NCBI GenBank assembly: GCA_963842815.1
Contig: CAWJHU010000003.1
Location: 27,683-91,682, forward strand
From: Candidatus Nomurabacteria bacterium
GTDB taxonomy: Bacteria; Patescibacteriota; Minisyncoccia; Phycocordibacterales; UBA9973
DNA: 64,000 bases
Direction: 5' to 3'
In this document: piece by piece, positions 57,237 through 64,000 of the stretch
How the letters are laid out: each line of letters begins with the position of its first letter
How positions within the stretch are numbered: the stretch's first letter is position 1
Program-made: the position numbers and the translations under genes
Notes under the pieces: model-generated
Seen by the model: only the letters and a program-made list of their open reading frames with translations
Database searches by the model: none
What the model was told of the DNA's origin: nothing

Positions 57237-60161
57237 CTAGTTTAATATGTTGATAACTCTGTTTTTTATGTAAATTATTCTTTTTACTCCCTGGCCTAAA
57301 TGTCTCTGAACATTTGAATCTGCCAGAGCTTTTTTTCTTACTTCATCTTCCACTTCATCCATTTGAATTAAAATCTCCCCTCTGACTTTACCATTTACCT
57401 GCACGGCAATTTTTATTTCCTGGTCTTTCATTAAACTTTCATCCCATTTCGGCCAACTGGAAAAATGGATGCTTTTTTTCTCTCCCAAGCTCTGCCAAAT
57501 ATTTTCCGCAATGTGCGGAGCAAAGGGAGCCAAAATTTGCAGGAATTTTTTATAATCTTCCGTGTTGACATTCTCTGCCCTCTCCATTTCAGTGACCAAT
57601 ATCATCATGGCAGAAATTGCCGTATTGAAGCGCATATTTTCTATGTCTTCGGAAACTTTTTTGATAGTTTTATGCAAAAGTTTCAAAAGAAGGGAAGGCA
57701 AATAATTTTCAAGAGTCGTGGGTTCCCTGTCCTTTTGACTCCGAGGGCGAAGGCTCAGAAAATTATTTGCCTTCCCTTCTTTTACTTTTTCCCCTATCCT
57801 CCAAACTTTTTCTATAAATCTCCTAGAGCCGATAATGCTTTCCGTGCTCCAGGCTACCGCTTCTTCAAAGGGCCCCATAAACATTTCATAAACGCGCAAA
57901 GTGTCAGCGCCGTAGGTTTTAACAATATCATCCGGATTCACAACATTACCCAGCGATTTTGACATTTTGACTCCCCCTTCGCCTAAAATCATTCCGTGAG
58001 AAGTTCTTTTTTTGTATGGTTCTGTGGTCGGTACAAGTTTCAAATCGTATAAAAATTTATGCCAAAATCGCGAATACAAAAGGTGCAGAGTAGTATGCTC
58101 CATTCCGCCGTTATACCAATCCACGGGCGTCCAATATTTCAAATTCTTTTTACTGGCAAATTCTTTTGCATTTTTTGGGTCCGTGTACCTCAAATAGTAC
58201 CAAGAACTTCCCGCCCAATTCGGCATGGTATCTGTTTCTCTCTTGGCTTTCCCACCGCATTTGGGGCATTTAACATTTACCCATTTGGTGATACCAGCCA
58301 AGGGTGATTCTCCTGTGTCTGTCGGTTTATAACTTTTTACTTCCGGCAATTTTACCGGCAAATCTTTATCTTTCACTGGGACCAGTCCGCATTTTTCACA
58401 ATTGACGAGCGGAATCGGCTCACCCCAATATCGCTGCCTGGAAAAAACCCAATCTCTTAACTTGAATTTAGTCACAATTTTCCCGCCAACTGCTTCTGTA
58501 ATCTTTTTTTGCGCTTTCTCACTTGTAAGACCATTAAACTTTTTTGAGTTAATTAAAACTCCATTCTCTATAAAACATTTCTTTCCTTCATATATTTCAA
58601 AATCATAAAGTTCTTTTTCATCTTTAATTTTTTGTTTAGCTTCTTCATAACCCAACCAAAGAATATCATGCAGTGATTTTTCTTCTTCAGTTATATTATT
58701 TTGTTTTTCATCAATTAATTCTAATTCGACTAAATTACACAACAATCTTCTGTTTTCTTTTTTATGAGGATGAAAAAAATGAGATTGAGTAGTTAAACCT
58801 AAATCGCGAACAAATTTTGTTTTATAGCCAGTTTCTTCAAACACTTCTCGTATCGCGGTATCACCAGCTTTTTCGTTTTCTTCTATCCCTCCATAAACTT
58901 TTGAAACCTCATTAAAAGCTTTTGCAAACAGAAAAAGATATTTACCGTCAGACGGCCTTTTAACAAAAGCGGCGATGGCGTGTCTTTCTTTTTCGTCTAC
59001 TTGTGGTTCTCCAAAAATAGGTATAATCACAGTTTTTATCGGCAAACCATATTTTTTTGCAAACTCAAAATCTCTTTCATCGTGTGCAGGCACAGCCATC
59101 ACCGCACCAGTGCCGTATTCGGCGAGTACATAGTCGGCAATAAACACAGGCACTTCTTCATTATTTGCCGGGTTTATCGCTTTTATTTCTTTCAACTCAA
59201 TGCCTGTTTTTTCTTTCTCCTCCGCCATTCTTTCTAATTCTGTTTTGTTTTTTGTTGCTACAATATACTGTAGTACTTCGTTCCAATTTAAAATTTGTGG
59301 TTTTAGTTTTTGAATTAATGGGTGCTCTGGTGCTAACACCACATATGTCACCCCAAAAAGCGTGTCCGCGCGGGTGGTAAATACTTTGATATTCTCTTCT
59401 TTCGGGTGTCCAACACCCGAAATTATCTTAAATTCAATTTCGTTTCCTTCCGATTTCCCTATCCAATTTCTTTGTTGCGTTTTTACTCGCTCCGGATAGT
59501 CCACCAAATCCAAATCTTTATCCAATCTGTCCGCATATTTTGTGATACGGAGCATCCATTGTTCTTTTTCCCTCTTTTCCGTTTTGCTTCCGCAACGATC
59601 GCAAATTCCGCCGACGGCTTCTTCGTTGGCAAGACCAATTTTGTCTAATGGACACCAGTTTATATAAGATTTAGCCTTATAGGCCAAACCTTTTTTGAAA
59701 AATTGCAAAAATATCCACTGGGTCCATTTATAATATTTCGGGTCAGTGGTATTTATTTCCCGGGACCAATCAAAAGAAATCCCGAGCATTTTTATTTGCC
59801 TGCGAAATTTATCCGTGTTCTTTTTGGTTACTATTTTGGGGTGAATTCCCGTTTTAATGGCATAATTTTCCGTGGGCAAGCCGAAGGCATCCCAACCGAT
59901 AGGATAAAGCACATTAAAACCCTCCATTCTTTTTTTTCTGGAAATAACATCCATCCCGATATATGGTCTCGGATGCCCCACATGCAATCCATCACCGGAT
60001 GGATATGGAAACTCAATTAGGGAATAAAACTTTTTACCTTTGCCGTCTTTGGCTTGGTAAATTTTTTTCTTTTCCCATTCTTTCTGAATTTTTGATTCAA
60101 TTTTTTTATGGTCGTAATTTTTCATTTCTAAATTATTGCTTTCCAAATTTTTTAATTGCAA
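57237..60161 (-). CDS. leuS: Leucine--tRNA ligase with inserted Nudix hydrolase domain
   Basis: HVGHP (HIGH), VKMSKSLGN, and the LeuRS zinc-knuckle. Residues about 385-525 form a Nudix fold with the box GGIEENEKAGDTAIREVFEETG. Confidence 0.9.
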   Translation of the reverse strand: MQLKNLESNNLEMKNYDHKKIESKIQKEWEKKKIYQAKDGKGKKFYSLIEFPYPSGDGLHVGHPRPYIGMDVISRKKRMEGFNVLYPIGWDAFGLPTENYAIKTGIHPKIVTKKNTDKFRRQIKMLGISFDWSREINTTDPKYYKWTQWIFLQFFKKGLAYKAKSYINWCPLDKIGLANEEAVGGICDRCGSKTEKREKEQWMLRITKYADRLDKDLDLVDYPERVKTQQRNWIGKSEGNEIEFKIISGVGHPKEENIKVFTTRADTLFGVTYVVLAPEHPLIQKLKPQILNWNEVLQYIVATKNKTELERMAEEKEKTGIELKEIKAINPANNEEVPVFIADYVLAEYGTGAVMAVPAHDERDFEFAKKYGLPIKTVIIPIFGEPQVDEKERHAIAAFVKRPSDGKYLFLFAKAFNEVSKVYGGIEENEKAGDTAIREVFEETGYKTKFVRDLGLTTQSHFFHPHKKENRRLLCNLVELELIDEKQNNITEEEKSLHDILWLGYEEAKQKIKDEKELYDFEIYEGKKCFIENGVLINSKKFNGLTSEKAQKKITEAVGGKIVTKFKLRDWVFSRQRYWGEPIPLVNCEKCGLVPVKDKDLPVKLPEVKSYKPTDTGESPLAGITKWVNVKCPKCGGKAKRETDTMPNWAGSSWYYLRYTDPKNAKEFASKKNLKYWTPVDWYNGGMEHTTLHLLYSRFWHKFLYDLKLVPTTEPYKKRTSHGMILGEGGVKMSKSLGNVVNPDDIVKTYGADTLRVYEMFMGPFEEAVAWSTESIIGSRRFIEKVWRIGEKVKEGKANNFLSLRPRSQKDREPTTLENYLPSLLLKLLHKTIKKVSEDIENMRFNTAISAMMILVTEMERAENVNTEDYKKFLQILAPFAPHIAENIWQSLGEKKSIHFSSWPKWDESLMKDQEIKIAVQVNGKVRGEILIQMDEVEDEVRKKALADSNVQRHLGQGVKRIIYIKNRVINILN

Positions 60162-60696
60162 TCCAGAATAAAGTCACAAGGGCAATAGCCAAGATTAAAA
60201 CTTTAACCCAATTGTCCGCATCAGACCAATAACGCATTGAGGCGATAATGAGAGAAAGCACTCCTCCCCAGGATAAGCCCAGAGAAACTATTTCATTTAC
60301 AACAAAAGCTCCAACCAGCAGAAAAATGGCTCCAAGAACCACCAAAATTATAAAAATATTTCTGTTGTAAATTTCCCGTGCCTGGTCAAATTCCTGTTGT
60401 TTTGTAAAATTCGGATTGCAAAAACTTTTAATATCCGGGGTGCTGGCCGGAGCCGGGTTGGTTTGGGGATAGACTGCGCTGCCTTCATTCCATTGTCCGC
60501 CAACTTTCAAGCATTCTTCCTTGGTATTTATTTGTTGCACTACCTGCGGTTGCGCAAAAAAAACATCGTAGTTCGGTTCTTTATAAAAAAGAGAAATTGC
60601 ATAATTAAAAAACAAATTCAATACGATTACAATACCTATAATAAGGGCCCATTTTAAAACTTTTGGTTTTGTTTCCATATTGGAATATTGTAGCAA
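60133..60696 (-). CDS. Hypothetical membrane protein
   Basis: 187 aa with N- and C-terminal TM segments. Confidence 0.3.
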   Translation of the reverse strand: MLQYSNMETKPKVLKWALIIGIVIVLNLFFNYAISLFYKEPNYDVFFAQPQVVQQINTKEECLKVGGQWNEGSAVYPQTNPAPASTPDIKSFCNPNFTKQQEFDQAREIYNRNIFIILVVLGAIFLLVGAFVVNEIVSLGLSWGGVLSLIIASMRYWSDADNWVKVLILAIALVTLFWIAIKKFGKQ

Positions 60697-60746
60697 AAAG
60701 AAGACAAAAAATAAAACGCTGGTTGTGTTTCAACCAGCGTTCAAGA

Positions 60747-61556
60747 TTAACGAAAAACACTCAAAAATTTTATTGGATCTACGCTGAAACTGCCCACGCG
60801 TACCTCCCAGTGTAGATGCGGAGCATCTGAATTGCCAGTTGACCCAGAGTATCCTATCACTTGTCCTGCATTAACCATATCTCCGGTTTTTACTAAAACC
60901 TCCGATAGATGGAGGTAAAAAAAACGAATATTTCCACCGACATCAATAACAATCGTTACTCCGTTTGCCGGCAAGGTATCCTGTTCCGCCCAAACAACTT
61001 TTCCATACGCCACCGAAAAAACTTTAGTGCAGGGTGCTGCACGCAGATCGCTTCCCTTGTGTAAATTTATCCTATTGGTATAAATTCTTTTTTTACCAAA
61101 GGGGCTAGTAACAACCATCTGGGAAAGCGGATCCGTAAGCATCTCAATGTGAGCATACCTTTCCTCTGAAGGATATGAGATTAACTTTTCATATCTCTTC
61201 CATAATTTTTTAGCAACAGTATCATTAGGGGAAGTTTTGTTTTTATACCCACTTTTGTAATATTTCGAAGGAAATATAACTTTTTCTACTTTTACTTGAA
61301 ACGAACCAATCGTTTTATTTCCTAAATAGAATTTCAGTGTGTAATTACCCTTCTTCATACCTAAATCAACCGAGACTAAAACAAACACAGAATCATGCCT
61401 TAAAACCATCGGCATATCAAAAGTATTTAATTTTGCGTTCAGATTTAAATCTTTAAAATTTTCTACAGTAATGGGTACCAATACTGACTCACCTTGTGGC
61501 ACCACAATAATTTCCCTGTTGGGGAATAAACCAAAGAACAAAATTAGAAAAAACAT
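60747..61556 (-). CDS. M23 family peptidase (LytM domain)
   Basis: HKGSD ... HLHWEV zinc-binding motifs. Confidence 0.75.
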   Translation of the reverse strand: MFFLILFFGLFPNREIIVVPQGESVLVPITVENFKDLNLNAKLNTFDMPMVLRHDSVFVLVSVDLGMKKGNYTLKFYLGNKTIGSFQVKVEKVIFPSKYYKSGYKNKTSPNDTVAKKLWKRYEKLISYPSEERYAHIEMLTDPLSQMVVTSPFGKKRIYTNRINLHKGSDLRAAPCTKVFSVAYGKVVWAEQDTLPANGVTIVIDVGGNIRFFYLHLSEVLVKTGDMVNAGQVIGYSGSTGNSDAPHLHWEVRVGSFSVDPIKFLSVFR

Positions 61557-61610
61557 ATATCCTCCGATTTTTAGTTTTCAAAAAATTATTTACTTGTATT
61601 ATGACACTTT

Positions 61611-62648
61611 CTACAAGCTATTCCAAATGGCAGTATTGGATAGTGGAATAATCCGGTTGTTTGATTTTTCAGGCAAACAAAGTTCTCCAGAAATAACCTC
61701 GCCTTTGAGGTTTTTCATTGCATCTTCCAAAGCATAACCCAAGGATAATGCAGAAAAATCTACGGCATAGGAATTCAAAATAACAAAAAGCGGTTTATTG
61801 CTCAAAATCTTTCGCACCCCCTTAAGAAGCTTCGGCAAATCTTTTTCTATATTCCAAGTTTCCCCTTTTGGCCCACGGCCGAATTTTGGCGGGTCCATTA
61901 TCACGGCATCATATTTATTTCCTCTTTTTTCTTCGCGTTCAATAAATTTCATAACATCTTCACAGATAATCCGCATTGGCATTTTCTCCAGACCGGAAAT
62001 TTTTTGATTTTCTTTTGCCCATTCGGTGGATGTTTTTGAAGCATCTATGTGTGTGACTTCCGCGCCAGTCCGAAGAGCAAAAAGGCTGGCAATTCCTGTG
62101 TAGCCGAATAAATTTAAAAATTTGATTCTAGGGCCGGAATTTCTTTCAATTTTGAGCTTCCCGAGGGTCCCGCCCCTGTACTCAGGGGAAGGGCACAGGG
62201 ACGAAAAATTGAAAGAAATTCCGGCCCTTATCTTTTCTTCTATAAAATCCCAATGTACCGCTTGTTCCGGGAAAAAACCCAAATGCCTGAAAGGTGTAGG
62301 TAGGGCTAAAAATTTTATGCCTTTATATTCCATTTCCCATTTATCTTCAATTTTCTTGCTCATTTTCCAACCTGCTTTGGCACCAACTTTGGAGCTCCAA
62401 AATTTTCCATCTGCTTTTGCCCACTCTTTGTCTCCTAAAGTTTTCTCCCAAACAGCACTTTCACAAGGACGCACAAAAATATATGGACCAAATCTTTCTA
62501 ATTTTTCCCCTTCGCCGGTATCCAGCAATTCATAGTCTTTCCAGTCTTTTGCACAAAAAATTTTTATTTCGTTTTTCATAATTAAATTAAAAACTCTATT
62601 ACATCCCCATCTTTTACAATGTAATCTTTGCCTTCTGTGCGAACCCAT
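61611..62648 (-). CDS. Class I SAM-dependent rRNA methyltransferase (RlmI/RlmK-like with PUA-like N-terminus)
   Basis: FGYTGIASL (motif I) and DPPKFGR (motif IV). Confidence 0.6.
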   Translation of the reverse strand: MGSHRRQRLHCKRWGCNRVFNLIMKNEIKIFCAKDWKDYELLDTGEGEKLERFGPYIFVRPCESAVWEKTLGDKEWAKADGKFWSSKVGAKAGWKMSKKIEDKWEMEYKGIKFLALPTPFRHLGFFPEQAVHWDFIEEKIRAGISFNFSSLCPSPEYRGGTLGKLKIERNSGPRIKFLNLFGYTGIASLFALRTGAEVTHIDASKTSTEWAKENQKISGLEKMPMRIICEDVMKFIEREEKRGNKYDAVIMDPPKFGRGPKGETWNIEKDLPKLLKGVRKILSNKPLFVILNSYAVDFSALSLGYALEDAMKNLKGEVISGELCLPEKSNNRIIPLSNTAIWNSL

Positions 62649-63400
62649 CCTTTTTCTTTTGCTTTTACAAAAGAACCAGCCTCTATGAGTTTTTCATAGG
62701 CCACCACCTCCGCCCGAATGAATTTATCCCGAAAATCGGTATGAATAGATTTACCGGCAATGGGCGCTGTGGCTCCACGAACTGTAGTCCAAGCCCGCGT
62801 TTCGTCTTCTCCGGTGGTAAAAAAAGTAATCAAATTCAGTAAATCATAACCGGCTTGAATAAGTTTATCCAAACCCGTGCCAAAAATCGGGTCCACTTCT
62901 ATATGAGGTCCGGGAAGTTTTGAAATGAAATCTTTTTTCACATTTTCCGCCGCTTCGGAAGTATTCAAAACATAAAGCGTTGGTTTTTTGATTCCCGCCT
63001 GTTCTAATTCAAAATTGATAACTTCTATATCAAAAAGCGGGTCAATTTTATCGTGCACATGAATCATCACTTTATCTTCAAAAATTCGCACCACTTCAAT
63101 GATGGCATCCACTTCCCGAATATGCGAAAGAAATTTATTGCCGAGTCCCGCACCTTCTGAAGCTCCCTTGACCAACCCCGCGATATCCACAAATTCAACC
63201 ACCGCAGGAATAGTTTTTTTAGATTTGGACATCTCCGAAAGTTTTAAGAGTCTGTCATCCGGCACAGGTACGATGCCCACCGATGGGTCAATGGTGCAAA
63301 AAGGATAGTTTTCTGCCGGTACTCCCTTTTTTGTCAGCGCGTTAAAAAGCGTGGATTTCCCCACATTTGGCAGTCCGACAATTCCGATACTTAATGACAT
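62582..63400 (-). CDS. ychF: Ribosome-binding ATPase YchF (short form)
   Basis: GIVGLPNVGKSTLFNALT P-loop and a C-terminal TGS domain. Confidence 0.8.
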   Translation of the reverse strand: MSLSIGIVGLPNVGKSTLFNALTKKGVPAENYPFCTIDPSVGIVPVPDDRLLKLSEMSKSKKTIPAVVEFVDIAGLVKGASEGAGLGNKFLSHIREVDAIIEVVRIFEDKVMIHVHDKIDPLFDIEVINFELEQAGIKKPTLYVLNTSEAAENVKKDFISKLPGPHIEVDPIFGTGLDKLIQAGYDLLNLITFFTTGEDETRAWTTVRGATAPIAGKSIHTDFRDKFIRAEVVAYEKLIEAGSFVKAKEKGWVRTEGKDYIVKDGDVIEFLI

Positions 63401-63438
63401 AGCAAATTGAATATACCAAAACGAGCTTTAAAAGTCAT

Positions 63439-63915
63439 TTATTTCCCGGATTCTTCCACCTTGCCGATTATTACCTGTTCCGCTGCTTCTATATCTCTCT
63501 TAAATTGATTTATAAATAAACGCTCATCATTGGTAAGAGGTTGCAGGGCTTTAATTTTTTTAAATATTTTCACTTCTTCCCCCACATCCTCATCCAAAAT
63601 ATCAAAACTTTTTGAAACAATATTATGCGTTTCCATTAATTTTTTATGCACATATTTTTTGTAACGCGAAATATTATGCCAACCCCAAATCAGAAGCAAA
63701 ATCAGCAATATTATAAGTCCAACAGTTGGAACAATTATTGAAAACATATTTGTGATATTGGAGAGAAGTGAATTATTTGGCAGAGAAAAAGATTCAAAAG
63801 ATTTTTCTACGGGTGAGACTTGATTATTCCCCGTGCTATTTTGATTGGATGCAAATAGGGGTGTTGGGGGCGCACTTTCCATTTCAGGTGCCGGTGCCAA
63901 TATTGGAACTGGCAC
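63439..63915 (-). CDS. Hypothetical membrane protein (may extend beyond window end)
   Basis: Pro/Ser-rich N-terminus, TM helix, charged C-terminus. Confidence 0.3.
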   Translation of the reverse strand: MPVPILAPAPEMESAPPTPLFASNQNSTGNNQVSPVEKSFESFSLPNNSLLSNITNMFSIIVPTVGLIILLILLLIWGWHNISRYKKYVHKKLMETHNIVSKSFDILDEDVGEEVKIFKKIKALQPLTNDERLFINQFKRDIEAAEQVIIGKVEESGK

Positions 63916-64000
63916 TACTGTTTCTTTTAAAGGAGATAAATTGAAATTTGCTTGGCCTATTTTTGAAAGAATATTGGAACCCAGGCCGTCATTGGCTAAT

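Overview
This 64 kb window is low-GC, densely packed housekeeping sequence from a streamlined bacterium with many short, divergent proteins. Gene content suggests a Candidate Phyla Radiation (Patescibacteria) lineage (MYG1-family protein, RRM RNA-binding protein, GatB/YqeY, PEP synthase, glycerate kinase, L-lactate dehydrogenase, very small proteins); this is inference from content only. It uses the standard genetic code: TGA, TAA and TAG all terminate intact neighbouring genes.

Content. The minus strand carries a complete F1Fo ATP synthase operon (atpZ-like, atpB, atpE, atpF, atpH, atpA, atpG, atpD, atpC) followed by rsmI. Also present are prfA, rpmE, fba, gatB, obg, a dcw-type cluster (mraZ-rsmH-ftsL-ftsI-murF), lysS, greA, rpsU, ybeY, ftsA, ftsZ, trxB, tsaD, valS, hsp20, ppsA, eno, ldh, ftsB, lepA, murJ, leuS, an M23 peptidase, ychF, and a partial mreB running off the window start. 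I found eight tRNAs (Ile-GAU, Glu-CUC, Glu-UUC, Ser-CGA, Val-GAC, Phe-GAA, Arg-CCU, Gly-CCC). There are no rRNA genes and no CRISPR arrays. Near-consensus sigma70-like promoters (TTGACA-N16-18-TATAAT) and rho-independent terminators are visible throughout.

Most notable observations:
- A 1.25 kb cassette next to the mraZ promoter is bounded by a 38 bp direct repeat carrying a perfect DnaA box. It holds a candidate structured ncRNA and a hicA/hicB-like toxin-antitoxin pair.
- LeuRS contains an inserted Nudix hydrolase domain of about 140 aa.
- tsaD contains a GC-rich, palindromic, in-frame insertion of about 100 bp.
- The tsaD start codon sits 2 nt after the 3' end of tRNA-Val.
- Around tRNA-Glu there is a strongly promoted island of small ORFs.
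- At least eight genes carry frame disruptions, clustered at roughly 6-14.5 kb and 24-32 kb: atpA (at least 5), rplY (two nonsense codons plus two frameshifts), ftsI, lysS, greA, rpsU, ybeY and a lytic transglycosylase. This points to assembly or sequencing error or to genuine gene decay.
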